This document shows positions 45,220-55,127 of a DNA stretch of 64,000 nt, piece after piece. Position numbers and translations under genes: made by a program. Location: the NCBI GenBank assembly GCA_015063895.1, contig SVTG01000004.1, positions 18,923-82,922 on the forward strand, given 5' to 3'. The notes beneath the pieces were generated by a model that was given only the letters and a program-made list of their open reading frames with translations, made no database searches and was not told where the DNA came from. Source of the DNA: Oscillospiraceae bacterium. GTDB taxonomy: Bacteria > Bacillota > Clostridia > Oscillospirales > CAG-272. Numbering within the stretch: position 1 is the first letter of the stretch; the number at the start of each line of letters is the position of its first letter.

Positions 45220-47085
45220 TTACTCCTTTGTGGTTCGCGCCCCTGCGGCCGTACGCTTATCTGCACGGTACGTGGGGACCAGGTCTTTGATTTTTGCTAA
45301 AATAGCAGCAACGTCGTTTTGCGCCGCAGCTGTTTTCATATCGGCCAGCGCCTGCATCAGCGTATCGTGATCTACGGGCACGGGGTTGCCGATAAAGATT
45401 TTTTTATTGGGGGTCTTTCGCATACCCTCCTCGTCAAGCAGCAGCTCCTCAAACAGCTTCTCGCCGGGGCGTAAACCCGTAAAGGTGATGTCGATATCCT
45501 GATAGGGGGTATAGCCCGAAAGCCGGATCAGATTTTCAGCAAGCGTCACGATCTTGACGGGCTCGCCCATGTCCAGCACGAAGATCTCACCGCCCGTGGC
45601 GTAAGCGCCAGCCTGCAAAACAAGCGAGACTGCCTCGGGGATCGTCATAAAATAGCGGATAATATCCTTATGTGTAACGGTAACGGGACCGCCCTCACTG
45701 ATCTGACGCTTAAACAGCGGTATCACACTGCCGTTACTGCCCAAAACGTTACCAAAGCGCACGGCCACGTAATCGGTGTTCTTGGACTGCGCAGCAAAAT
45801 TTTGCACGATCATCTCGCAAATACGCTTAGTGGCGCCCATCACGTTGGTGGGATTGACGGCCTTGTCGGTGGAGATCATCACAAAGCGCTCCACACCAAA
45901 ATCATTGGCGGCCTTTGCCACGTTATACGTACCGAACACGTTGTTTTTGATCGCCTCGGCAGGGCTGTTTTCCATCAGCGGCACGTGCTTATGCGCCGCC
46001 GCGTGAAATACGATATGCGGCGACACGGTAGCGAATACGTCACTGACACGGCGCTCGTCACGCACGCTACCGATCAACACGCGCAGCGTCAGATACGGAT
46101 ACGCACGCCTGAGCTCCATTTCAATATCGTAGGCGTTATTTTCATAAATATCAAAAATAGTCAGCGATGCGGGATTATGCGCCGCGATCTGACGGCAGAG
46201 CTCACTGCCGATCGAGCCACCGCCGCCCGTCACAAGGATATGCTTGCCTTCGATATATGCAAACACCTCGCGGGTATTGATCGTGATGGGCTCGCGTCCA
46301 AGCAGGTCGTTGATGCTGATATCACGCATATAATTGGTCACGCCCGTGCCCGAAAGCATCTGATACATGCCCGGCAGGATCCGCACACGGCAGCGTGTGC
46401 GTGCACAGATCTCACAAATGGCGCTGATATCTGCTGTGCGCGCCGAGGGGATCGCAATAAAGATCTGCTCAATGGCGTGCTTTTCTACCATCTGCTCGAT
46501 CACGGTACGGTCACCGACCACGGGCACGCCGCAAATATTGGTATGTAATTTTTTGGGGTCGTCATCGATAATACAGACCGGCAAAAGATCGATCTTATCG
46601 GAGGTTTTGATCTCACGCACGATCATCGTGCCCGCGTCTCCCGCACCGATCACCATGACGGGGGTGCGCTTGCTGCGCCCCTTGAAGCGATAGCGCCAAG
46701 CGCGCGAAAAGCGATAACCGTAACGGGTAAGGCAGGTAAGATTAAATAAGATCAAAAAGGCCACGATCACTTCACGCACACCAAAGCCAAGCAAGGCCCT
46801 GTTGAGTATCATGCAGATCGGTGCGGCAAGCAGAATACCGAAGCACAAGCGCAGCATCTCTTCAAAGCCTGCATTTTGCAAGGACATTTTATAATAACCG
46901 AGCACAGCAAACACGACAAGAGATACGGCACTTGTTACCAGCACCGCGGGAAGCAGCTCAAGGCCGAATTGTATACGGCTTGTCAATAAGATGCGCGCTA
47001 TAAATAACGACAGCAAAAGTGCAAGCCAGTCGGCTACCAGCAGCAGGGCTATTTTCCGCACCTTTACCCAACAAATATTTTTCAT
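45220..47085 (-). CDS. Membrane-anchored nucleotide-sugar 4,6-dehydratase (CapD/PglF/EpsC family)
   Basis: Four N-terminal TM segments, then ILVTGGGGSIGSEL and a short-chain dehydratase core (FHAAAHKHVPLME). Confidence 0.85.
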   Translation of the reverse strand: MKNICWVKVRKIALLLVADWLALLLSLFIARILLTSRIQFGLELLPAVLVTSAVSLVVFAVLGYYKMSLQNAGFEEMLRLCFGILLAAPICMILNRALLGFGVREVIVAFLILFNLTCLTRYGYRFSRAWRYRFKGRSKRTPVMVIGAGDAGTMIVREIKTSDKIDLLPVCIIDDDPKKLHTNICGVPVVGDRTVIEQMVEKHAIEQIFIAIPSARTADISAICEICARTRCRVRILPGMYQMLSGTGVTNYMRDISINDLLGREPITINTREVFAYIEGKHILVTGGGGSIGSELCRQIAAHNPASLTIFDIYENNAYDIEMELRRAYPYLTLRVLIGSVRDERRVSDVFATVSPHIVFHAAAHKHVPLMENSPAEAIKNNVFGTYNVAKAANDFGVERFVMISTDKAVNPTNVMGATKRICEMIVQNFAAQSKNTDYVAVRFGNVLGSNGSVIPLFKRQISEGGPVTVTHKDIIRYFMTIPEAVSLVLQAGAYATGGEIFVLDMGEPVKIVTLAENLIRLSGYTPYQDIDITFTGLRPGEKLFEELLLDEEGMRKTPNKKIFIGNPVPVDHDTLMQALADMKTAAAQNDVAAILAKIKDLVPTYRADKRTAAGARTTKE

Positions 47086-47167
47086 AAGGTCAAGCTCTCC
47101 TTATCAACGGAAATAGGATCTTCACGTTACATTTTAATGTATTTACACTTCGGGGTCAATGGAAATT

Positions 47168-47905
47168 TTAACCTTGGTCGGCACCGTTGCCTTCCTTTTC
47201 GCGGCGCTTTTCCTCCCGTTCGCGCTCGTTTTTCTCGCGTTTTTCGGCCTTTTCGGCTTTTTCACGCTCACGCTTTTCGGCTTTTTCACTCTCCTCGCGC
47301 TCGCGCTTTTCGGCCTTCTCGCGCTCGCGGCGCTCACGCTCGGCCTTATCGGGATCGGTATAGCGCGCCTCAAGCATCTCCTGTGCCACGGTCTTCAGAT
47401 AAGCGGAGAGCGATATGATATCAAGCAATGCCACCAAAAAATCGGCATCGTTCGACATATCAAGACCGTCCTCCTTCAATAACGAAAAAACGGTATCGGC
47501 CGTGCGGGCGCGATTGCCCTCCTTGATGGCAAGGAAACGGTGATAGCAGGCCGTCAGATCCTTACCCGTAAAGCCGCAATCGTTGCGCGCCCCCGTCAGC
47601 ACACGCTTGATCTCGCTGATCGAAAGCGTGTTTTTCAGCGCATACACCAGCAGCATTTCTATGATATGCTCTTTGGTATATTTTTTGCCCTCGATCGGGC
47701 TGATCAGACCGTCCTTTGAGTAGTTGTTGATCATGGTCTTAGTCAGTGCGCGCTCTCGGTAACGCAACGAGGCCGCACTGTTTTTATCTGCCACCAAGCT
47801 CAGGATCTGGTCAAGGTACAGATCGATGGCAGGGATATCGGTATCGGCAAGATCGGCGTCTCCCACTGCCAGTGCGATCAGTGCTGCGAGCTCCTTTTCG
47901 CTCAT
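47168..47905 (-). CDS. DUF1836 domain protein with an (E/K/R)-repeat tail
   Basis: IPAIDLYLDQILSLV and LTKTMINNYSKDGLISPIEGKKYTKEHIIEMLLVYALKN match DUF1836. C-terminal ERERREREKAEKREREESEKAEKREREKAEKAEKREKNERE. The ATG at 47905 follows AGGAGGG. Confidence 0.6.
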   Translation of the reverse strand: MSEKELAALIALAVGDADLADTDIPAIDLYLDQILSLVADKNSAASLRYRERALTKTMINNYSKDGLISPIEGKKYTKEHIIEMLLVYALKNTLSISEIKRVLTGARNDCGFTGKDLTACYHRFLAIKEGNRARTADTVFSLLKEDGLDMSNDADFLVALLDIISLSAYLKTVAQEMLEARYTDPDKAERERREREKAEKREREESEKAEKREREKAEKAEKREKNEREREEKRREKEGNGADQG

Positions 47906-48079
47906 CAAATTCCCTCCTCTCGACAGCAATCGTGCAAATTCGCAAAAATATACATATTACATTATAACCTTTCTCGCGCGCAAAGTCAAGAGTAAATGCG
48001 CATTTTATACAGCAATAAAAAAACGCCCCTCTCCGATGAACATTCACAGGGAAATATCCGTTGGAAAGGGGCACTCTTA

Positions 48080-48607
48080 TTATCTGCTACCGTCATCCCA
48101 CAGCGTAACGCTGCCTGCGGCACGCGTTTTATGCATATCAATGAGACGCTGATTGGCAGAGCCGCGGAAGCGCAGGCGGATATCCTTTTGCGCCAGCACA
48201 AACTCGCCGTCAACCAGCACGTCGGTCAACGCCAGGATCTCGTCGGTTGCCTCACACCGCGCGGGGCTATCCGAGAGTAGCTCCTCAAGCACGTAGCCCG
48301 AATAGATCCAAATGGATTTAGTGGGGTACTGTGCCTTGATTTTGCGCAAAAGCGGCAGGAGAACCACCTGGTTTTGCGGCTCCATCGGCTCGCCACCGAG
48401 AAGCGTGAAGCCCGTGATAAAGTCGGGTGACATCAGATCAAGGATTTCTTGCACCGTTTCGGGGGTAAATGGCATACCGTAGTCAAAATCCCACGTGTCG
48501 GGGTTAAAGCACCCCGGGCAATGATGCGTACAGCCCGACACGAAAAGCGACACACGCACGCCGGGGCCGTTGGCAATATCGCGCCCTTTAATTGCACCGT
48601 AATTCAT
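48080..48607 (-). CDS. nrdG: Anaerobic ribonucleotide reductase activating protein (radical SAM)
   Basis: GPGVRVSLFVSGCTHHCPGCFNPDTW cluster motif. Confidence 0.9.
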   Translation of the reverse strand: MNYGAIKGRDIANGPGVRVSLFVSGCTHHCPGCFNPDTWDFDYGMPFTPETVQEILDLMSPDFITGFTLLGGEPMEPQNQVVLLPLLRKIKAQYPTKSIWIYSGYVLEELLSDSPARCEATDEILALTDVLVDGEFVLAQKDIRLRFRGSANQRLIDMHKTRAAGSVTLWDDGSR

Positions 48608-48610
48608 GGA

Positions 48611-50794
48611 TCAAAGGTGCAGCACGCGCTCTTGAATTTCCTTGGTTCTGCCCTGGTTCCAATATTGCGTGCCGATATAGCCGCAGGTACGGCGCGCCAC
48701 GTTCATCTTGTTTTGGTCACGGTTATGGCAATGCGGGCACTCCCACACCAGCTTACCGTCGTCCTCAACGATCCGGATCTCACCGTCATAGCCGCAGACC
48801 TGGCAATAATCGCTCTTGGTATTGAGCTCGGCGTACATGATATTATTGTAAATGAACTTCATGACCTCCAGCACTGCATCAAGGTTATCCTGCATATTGG
48901 GAACCTCAACGTAGCTGATCGCACCGCCGGGAGAGAGCTCCTGGAACTTGGACTCGAAGGCGAGCTTATCGAAGGCATCGATCTCCTGCGTTACGTGCAC
49001 GTGATAGGAATTGGTGATATAGCTCTTATCGGTCACACCCGGGATCTTGCCGAAGCGCTTTTGCAGACACTTGGCAAATTTATAGGTGGTGGACTCAAGA
49101 GGCGTGCCGTAAAGCGAGTAGTGAATGTCCTCTGCCTCTTTCCATTTCTTGCAGGCATCGTTGAGATGCTGCATGACCTCAAGACCGAATTTTTCACCCT
49201 CGGGGTCGGTCAATTTTTTACCCGTCATGGCATATACGCACTCCCAAAGGCCTGCGTAGCCGAGCGAAATGGTGGAGTAACCACCGTGCAAAAGCTTGGT
49301 AATGGGCTCACCCTTTTCAAGGCGTGCAAGCGCACCGTACTGCCACAAAATGGGGGCCGCATCGGAAAGCGTGCCCTCAAGACGCTCGTGACGGCATTGC
49401 AGGGCGCGATGGCAAAGCTCAAGACGCTCGTCAAGGATCTGCCAGAATTTCTGCACGTCTCTGCCCTCAAGCGTCGCGGTGCAGGCAGCATCGACCAGAT
49501 TGATGGTCACTACACCCTGATTGAAGCGGCCGTAATACTTCGCCTTACCGTTTTCGTCAACCCAGGGCGTGAGGAACGAGCGGCAGCCCATGCAGGTGTA
49601 GCAGTTGCCGTCGCCGTTATCGTCGACCTTGAGCTTCTTCATCACCTTTTCGGAGATATAGTCGGGCACCATGCGCTTTGCGGTGCACTTTGCGGCGAGC
49701 TTGGTGAGATTCCAGTAGGGAGCATCCTCGCTGATATTATCCTCCTCCAGCACGTAAATGAGCTTGGGGAAGGCAGGGGTCACGTAAACGCCCGTTTCGT
49801 TTTTCACACCCGTGATACGCTGCTCAAGCATTTCCTCAATGATCATGGCGAGGTCCTTCTTGGTCTGCGCGTCCTTGGCTTCACCAAGATACATAAATAC
49901 CGTAATGAAGGGGGCCTGACCGTTGGTGGTAAGCAGGGTCACGACCTGATACTGAATGGTCTGCACGCCGCGGCGGATCTCATCGCGCAGACGCGCCTCA
50001 ACGATCGCGGCCACCTTGTCTTCGCCGGGTGCCACACCCAGCGTTTCCAGCTCAGCCTTGACCTGACGGGCGATCTTCTCGCGCGACACCTGCACGAAGG
50101 GTGCCAGATGCGTCAGAGAAATGCTTTGACCGCCGTATTGGTTCGAGGCGACCTGTGCAATGATCTGCGTTGCAATATTGCAGGCGGTGGAAAAGCTATG
50201 GGGCTTTTCGATCAGCGTGCCGCTGATCACCGTGCCGTTTTGCAGCATATCCTCAAGGTTGACAAGGTCACAGTTGTGCATATGCTGTGCAAAATAATCG
50301 CTGTCGTGGAAATGGATAATGCCCTCCTCGTGTGCAGCAACGATATCCTCGGGAAGCAAAATACGGCGCGTCAGGTCCTTAGAGACCTCACCTGCCATAT
50401 AGTCGCGCTGTACGCTGTTGACGGTGGGGTTCTTATTGGAGTTTTCCTGCTTGACCTCCTCGTTGTTGCATTCGATCAAGGAAAGGATATTTTCATCGGT
50501 GGTATTGGCGCGACGGGCGAGATTACGCGTAAAGCGGTAGCGGATATAGCGCTTTGCCGTTTCGGGGGCATTTTGCTGAATGATCAGCGTTTCTACCAGC
50601 TCCTGGATCTCCTCCACGGAAAGCGCACGGCCTACGTCGTTGCAGTAATCCTCAATTACAAAGGAAATATAGTCAATTTGGCGCGCAGTCAGCTCGGGCT
50701 TACCCTCGCCGCTCTCGTTTGCCTTCTCGATCGCGCGTACGATCTTCGTGCGGTCAAAGGTCACCTCAGAGCCGTTTCTTTTAATGATCTTCAT
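48611..50794 (-). CDS. nrdD: Anaerobic ribonucleoside-triphosphate reductase
   Basis: N-terminal ATP-cone (MKIIKRNGSEVTFDRTKI), C-terminal zinc site CQVC...CPHC and glycyl-radical motif RRTCGYIG. The start was moved to ATG 50794 after GGAGGGAGAGGGAAAG. Confidence 0.95.
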   Translation of the reverse strand: MKIIKRNGSEVTFDRTKIVRAIEKANESGEGKPELTARQIDYISFVIEDYCNDVGRALSVEEIQELVETLIIQQNAPETAKRYIRYRFTRNLARRANTTDENILSLIECNNEEVKQENSNKNPTVNSVQRDYMAGEVSKDLTRRILLPEDIVAAHEEGIIHFHDSDYFAQHMHNCDLVNLEDMLQNGTVISGTLIEKPHSFSTACNIATQIIAQVASNQYGGQSISLTHLAPFVQVSREKIARQVKAELETLGVAPGEDKVAAIVEARLRDEIRRGVQTIQYQVVTLLTTNGQAPFITVFMYLGEAKDAQTKKDLAMIIEEMLEQRITGVKNETGVYVTPAFPKLIYVLEEDNISEDAPYWNLTKLAAKCTAKRMVPDYISEKVMKKLKVDDNGDGNCYTCMGCRSFLTPWVDENGKAKYYGRFNQGVVTINLVDAACTATLEGRDVQKFWQILDERLELCHRALQCRHERLEGTLSDAAPILWQYGALARLEKGEPITKLLHGGYSTISLGYAGLWECVYAMTGKKLTDPEGEKFGLEVMQHLNDACKKWKEAEDIHYSLYGTPLESTTYKFAKCLQKRFGKIPGVTDKSYITNSYHVHVTQEIDAFDKLAFESKFQELSPGGAISYVEVPNMQDNLDAVLEVMKFIYNNIMYAELNTKSDYCQVCGYDGEIRIVEDDGKLVWECPHCHNRDQNKMNVARRTCGYIGTQYWNQGRTKEIQERVLHL

Positions 50795-50825
50795 CTTTCC
50801 CTCTCCCTCCGGGCGACGCGGTCGC

Positions 50826-50873
50826 CCACTATATTTAGACACCGTTTTAAAATCAGAACACAATATCTTGTGT
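50826..50873. promoter_or_regulatory. Tandem NrdR boxes in the nrdD leader
   Basis: ACACAATATCTTGTGT (50858-50873) is a near-perfect palindrome matching the acaCwAtATaTwGtgt consensus. The weaker box is CCACTATATTTAGACA (50826-50841). The centres are 32 bp apart. Confidence 0.7.
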
Positions 50874-50885
50874 CAGGCAGGAAAT

Positions 50886-50914
50886 AGTATACCATGAACA
50901 AGCGAAAAAGGCAA
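50886..50914 (-). promoter_or_regulatory. nrdDG promoter
   Basis: Minus strand TTGCCT (50909-50914), 17 nt, TGgTATACT (-10 at 50886-50891). The NrdR boxes lie just downstream. Confidence 0.6.
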
Positions 50915-51240
50915 GCGTTTTTTTAAGAAAATAATACACAAAAATAGCACCTTATTTTTGTCGTGTTTGTCATCTTTTTTCAAGAGGTGAAAAAAGCGCC
51001 CACAAGGTGTTAAAAAACAGCCTTGACGGCATGAAATGATTCATGCTTCGTCAGCTTTCGGCTTTTTTCGTCACGCACCCATATAATATAAAGGTAGAAA
51101 ACAGCCTTCTTTGCAGCCTCGGGGGATCCGATCTGCGTTTTGCCGGGTGTGGCTATATATATTTTTCACTTCCCTCTTGCATTCTTACGTAAAATGCGGT
51201 AAAATATAGAGCGATTGTAAAAAAATAAAGGATTACAGCC

Positions 51241-52836
51241 ATGGACGAAAGAACAAAAAAAGAAATACAGCGCAGACGCACGTTTGCCATTATCTCACAC
51301 CCCGACGCGGGTAAAACGACCCTGACGGAAAAGCTGCTCCTTTACGGCGGCGCCATTCAATCGGCGGGATCCGTAAAGGGTAAGCAAAGCGACAGACACG
51401 CCGTTTCCGACTGGATGGAGCTTGAAAAGCAGCGCGGCATTTCGGTTACCTCCTCGGTATTGCAGTTTGAATACGACGGCTTTTGCATCAACATTCTGGA
51501 TACCCCCGGTCACCAGGATTTCTCCGAGGACACTTACCGCACGCTGATGGCTGCCGACAGTGCCGTAATGGTTATTGACGCAGCCAAGGGCATCGAGCCC
51601 CAGACCCGCAAGCTCTTTCACGTTTGCGCCAAGCGCGGCATTCCGATCTTTACCTTTATCAACAAGCTCGACCACGAGGCACGCGATCCCTTTGACCTGC
51701 TTGACGAGCTTGAGCGCGAATTTGGCATCGGTACGTATCCGATGAACTGGCCGATCAGCTGCGGCGTAACCTTTAAGGGCGTATACGACCGCCGTGAGCG
51801 TGCCATTCACGCCTTTGACGACGCACACCGCGGCAGAAGTCGCCTGAATGCCATTGCCTGTGATATCACCGACACCGAAAAGCTTGACGCGCTGATCGGT
51901 GAAAATCTGCGCACCGAATTGGTGGAGCAGGTGGAGCTGCTGGACGGCGCCTCGTTTGATTTTGATCTTGACGCGATCGCCAAGGGCAAGCTTTCCCCCG
52001 TATTTTTCGGCTCGGCCCTCAACAACTTTGGCGTTGAGGATTTTCTGCGTTACTTCCTGCAGCTTACCCCCACTCCGCTGCCTCGCACCACCGAAACCGA
52101 GACCGTGGATCCGTTTGACGACCGCTTCTCTGCGTTTGTTTTCAAGATCCAGGCCAACATGAACAAGGCGCACCGCGACCGCATAGCCTTTATGCGCATC
52201 TGCTCGGGCAAGTTTGAGCGCGGCAAGGAATACTATCATATGCAGGCCGGCAAGCCCATTAAGCTCGCCCAGCCGCAGCAAATGATGGCAGAGGAACGCG
52301 AAGGTATTGAGAAAGCGTTTGCGGGCGATATCATCGGCGTATTCGATCCGGGTGTGTTTTCGATCGGCGATACCGTTTGTACCAAGGACCGCAAAATCAC
52401 CTTTGAGGGCATTCCCACCTTTGCCCCCGAGCACTTTGCCATGGTCGAGCAGATCGACTCCATGAAGCGCAAGCAATTTGCCAAGGGCATGAACCAGATC
52501 GCACAGGAGGGTGCCATTCGCATTTTCTTTGAGCCCGATGCCGGTTACGAGCGCGTGTTTGTCGGCGTCATCGGCACGCTGCAATACGACGTACTGCAAT
52601 TCCGCATGAAATCCGAATACGGCGTAGAGTATATCAAGCGTGAATTGCCGTTTCAGTTTATCCAACGCATCGCCGCCTACGAAGGGGATCTTGCACGCCT
52701 GAATCTCGCCTCCGACACCAGACGGGTCACGGACGTGCGCGGGAAAAATTATCTGCTTTTCACGGGTCAGTGGAGCATAAAATGGGCACTTGACAACAAC
52801 CCCTCGCTGGTGCTTGAAGACTTTGACCACCAGTAA
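51241..52836 (+). CDS. prfC: Peptide chain release factor 3
   Basis: GTPase motifs AIISHPDAGKTT, DTPGHQDF and NKLD; 531 aa. Confidence 0.95.
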   Translation: MDERTKKEIQRRRTFAIISHPDAGKTTLTEKLLLYGGAIQSAGSVKGKQSDRHAVSDWMELEKQRGISVTSSVLQFEYDGFCINILDTPGHQDFSEDTYRTLMAADSAVMVIDAAKGIEPQTRKLFHVCAKRGIPIFTFINKLDHEARDPFDLLDELEREFGIGTYPMNWPISCGVTFKGVYDRRERAIHAFDDAHRGRSRLNAIACDITDTEKLDALIGENLRTELVEQVELLDGASFDFDLDAIAKGKLSPVFFGSALNNFGVEDFLRYFLQLTPTPLPRTTETETVDPFDDRFSAFVFKIQANMNKAHRDRIAFMRICSGKFERGKEYYHMQAGKPIKLAQPQQMMAEEREGIEKAFAGDIIGVFDPGVFSIGDTVCTKDRKITFEGIPTFAPEHFAMVEQIDSMKRKQFAKGMNQIAQEGAIRIFFEPDAGYERVFVGVIGTLQYDVLQFRMKSEYGVEYIKRELPFQFIQRIAAYEGDLARLNLASDTRRVTDVRGKNYLLFTGQWSIKWALDNNPSLVLEDFDHQ

Positions 52837-52917
52837 TTCCAATTTTTAAAATATATTTTCCAATTTTAATTTTATTTGCATCTAAAATTTTCCAATAAAG
52901 ATCTAAAACAATCGAAA

Positions 52918-52956
52918 ACGGGTAAGGAATCACGCAAAACTCCTTGCCCGTTTTTA
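52918..52956 (+). terminator. prfC terminator
   Basis: ACGGGTAAGGA / TCCTTGCCCGT 11-bp stem (one G-U pair), 12-nt loop, T5. Confidence 0.75.
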
Positions 52957-53022
52957 AATTTCACCGACAAACAATATTGTATCACACCCGAATTTTCGCC
53001 GCAGGATATTGCGTGCAGTGAA

Positions 53023-53051
53023 TTGACAACGCGCTTTTTTTATGTTATACT
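53023..53051 (+). promoter_or_regulatory. Promoter of the WG-repeat gene
   Basis: TTGACA (53023-53028), 17 nt, TGtTATACT (-10 at 53046-53051). Confidence 0.65.
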
Positions 53052-53127
53052 TTATATGTATATCATATTTTTGATGGGCACACGCACGTGTGCTCGCAAG
53101 AATATTCTGAGGAAAGGAGTCCGACTT

Positions 53128-54477
53128 ATGGCCTTTTGTTCAGCGTGCGGCAGCGCCCTGCCCGAGGACGGCAGCCCTTGCCCCTGCACAAGCCAGCAAA
53201 GCCCACCCGACACACCGCACTCGCATCGCCGCTTTCCGTTAGCGGCTGTTCCCGTTATTCTGATCGTTGCCCTGGTGGCGCTTTTGATCATCTTATTATC
53301 GGTCAGCGATTTTATCCTCCCCGAGCGCACACCGCTTTTTCAAAAAAAGCTGGTTCCCGTTGCTGCCAACGTCACCGACGAGCACGGCACCTCAGTCAAG
53401 TGGGGCTACGCCGATAAAAACGGCGAAATGGTCATCGCTGCCAAATTTGAAATGGCCCGCGAATTTGCGGCAAACGATCTTGCGCCCGTCAAGCAAAACG
53501 GCCTGTGGGGTTACATTAACAAAAACGGCGACTTTATGATCGCCGTACAGTTTGAGGAGGCCGAGCCCTTTACCGCGAAAGGCTTTGCCTGCATCAAGCA
53601 AAACGGCTCCTGGGGTTATATCAATCGCCGCGGCAGCATCGTCATCAATCCGCAGTTTGACAGCGCTTACCCCTTTGCCAGGAACGGTCTTGCGCTGGTT
53701 TCCATCGGCGGCAAATACGGCTACATCAATACCGAAGGCGTTTACGTGATCGAGCCCCGCTTTGACGCCGCCCGTCCCTTTGACGATAACGGCTACGCCG
53801 CCGTGCTCGCCCTGTCGCATTGGGGCATGATCGACAAGCACGGCGATTGGGTCGTCAATCCCCAATTCGAAGCCATTGAGTCCTTTACCGACAACGATCT
53901 CGCTTTGGTCATGAAGGAAGGCAAGTACGGCTTTATCAACCGCGACGGCATGTACGTTGTCGCCCCCACCTATGAATATGCCGAATCCTTCAGCGAGGGG
54001 CTGGCATTGGTGAAAAAGGACGGAAAATACGGATTTATCAACAAAAACGGTGTGACTGTGATCACCCCCACCTATACGGCAGCAAAATCCTTTGCCGAGA
54101 ACGGCCTTGCCGCCGTACAGATCGCCGCAAATGCCGATCTGTGGGGCTATATCAACAAAAAAGGCGAGGTGGTCATTGCCGCACAATACAACGAGGCACA
54201 CACCTTTACAAACGGCTATGCAGCTGCCAAGAAGGACGGCGTCTACGTCTTTATTGACAAAAAGGGCACCGTTGTGCTTCGCCTTGACAGCACCTACCTG
54301 CACGTGAGTGATTTCATGTCGGACGGCTATGTGCTGGCAGTCCGCACGGATCCCGTTACCAACGAGACCACGTATCATATTTTTGACAAGGACGGCGATA
54401 TTCACGAGGCAGGCTACCGATTTGTTTTACCAAGGTCTGTCACAACTGCACCCGAGATCGCACGCGGGATACGCTGA
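53128..54477 (+). CDS. Zinc-ribbon / single-TM / WG-repeat (KWG-type beta-repeat) protein
   Basis: N-terminal CSACGSALPEDGSPCPC, one TM segment, then about 11 copies of the ~30-aa unit xGxWGYINKxGxxVIxPQFxxAxxF. The ATG at 53128 follows GGAAAGGAG. Confidence 0.75.
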   Translation: MAFCSACGSALPEDGSPCPCTSQQSPPDTPHSHRRFPLAAVPVILIVALVALLIILLSVSDFILPERTPLFQKKLVPVAANVTDEHGTSVKWGYADKNGEMVIAAKFEMAREFAANDLAPVKQNGLWGYINKNGDFMIAVQFEEAEPFTAKGFACIKQNGSWGYINRRGSIVINPQFDSAYPFARNGLALVSIGGKYGYINTEGVYVIEPRFDAARPFDDNGYAAVLALSHWGMIDKHGDWVVNPQFEAIESFTDNDLALVMKEGKYGFINRDGMYVVAPTYEYAESFSEGLALVKKDGKYGFINKNGVTVITPTYTAAKSFAENGLAAVQIAANADLWGYINKKGEVVIAAQYNEAHTFTNGYAAAKKDGVYVFIDKKGTVVLRLDSTYLHVSDFMSDGYVLAVRTDPVTNETTYHIFDKDGDIHEAGYRFVLPRSVTTAPEIARGIR

Positions 54478-54530
54478 AGTTGATCATTTTTCCGACTGTC
54501 GGATAAAAAATATAAAGTGAGGTAATACTT

Positions 54531-54824
54531 ATGAACGAAAAGGATATGCAAGAGGTCGACATTTACATTCTCCAGGACGAGGAGGGTGTGGAGCACGAGT
54601 TTGAGCTCATTGACACCTGTGAGAAAAACGGCGTAAAATACTACGCCATGGTAGCAGTTGAGGATGCCGAAAAGAACGACGATATGTGTGAATATACCAT
54701 TCTGAAGGCCGTGATGGAAAACGGCGAGGAATGCCTTGTCACCATTGAGGACGACGACGAATTTGACGACGTGGCAGACTATTTTGACGATAAATTTGCC
54801 ACCGAGATCGACTACGACAAATAA
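54531..54824 (+). CDS. DUF1292 (UPF0473) family acidic protein
   Basis: DIYILQDEEGVEHEFELIDTCEKNGVKYYAMV...EYTILKAVMENGEECLVTIEDDDEFDDVADYF. Confidence 0.7.
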   Translation: MNEKDMQEVDIYILQDEEGVEHEFELIDTCEKNGVKYYAMVAVEDAEKNDDMCEYTILKAVMENGEECLVTIEDDDEFDDVADYFDDKFATEIDYDK

Positions 54825-55127
54825 TCTTTTCCGGTTGATACGCCTGCCTTGTGCGTGATAGCCGATTGGTGGAGCCGACGCATACGAATTGGAGCCCGAA
54901 ACCGTCCCACTGCGGTTTGCAGACCTCCCGTTTCCCACAAGCCGATTGACTTGTCTCGGCGGGACAACGGACGTTGGGAGCAGTAATGCCGTGGGCAGGG
55001 CACCGCCTTGTGAAAACAGGGTTCTTAGATATCGGTTACACGGCTTGGCGGGTTTTCCTTTCGCGCATGGCGCGAGGGGCCGCAGCGGCGGCCTTGCGCT
55101 GGCAAGGACGCCGCTTTGCTTTTTTTA
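54825..55127 (+). other. GC-rich non-coding element ending in an intrinsic terminator; candidate cis-regulatory leader or sRNA of unknown class
   Basis: No credible ORF in any frame. GNRA hairpin CCUUGU-GAAA-ACAGGG (55005-55020). Hairpin GAAACCG/CGGUUU (54898-54918). Terminator GCGGCGgCCTTGC-GCTG-GCAAGGaCGCCGC (55085-55114) plus TTTGCTTTTTTT, 28 nt before the next ATG. Confidence 0.35.

Noticed and set aside
48449-50887. 812-aa ORF antisense to nrdG/nrdD
   Set aside because: It spans two real genes and their 3-nt intergenic gap on the opposite strand, and it has no motifs. Shadow frame.
51295-52842. 515-aa ORF antisense to prfC
   Set aside because: Shadow frame opposite a canonical GTPase gene.
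52837-52896. Three TTCCAAT copies (52837, 52858, 52890) between the prfC stop and its terminator
   Set aside because: A short 7-mer in a very AT-rich stretch with irregular spacing of 21 and 32 bp is likely chance.
53392-54405. 337-aa ORF antisense to the WG-repeat gene
   Set aside because: Its repetitive composition is derived from the sense-strand repeats, and it has no start context.
54825-55127. Attempted assignment of the GC-rich element to known RNA classes (T-box, SRP RNA, 6S, tmRNA, cobalamin, c-di-GMP/c-di-AMP, ZTP, Mn/NiCo, group II intron domain V)
   Set aside because: None of the signature sequences I remember is present (GGUGGUACCGCG, GGAAGCAGC, the B12 box, and so on). It is left as unknown class rather than forced.
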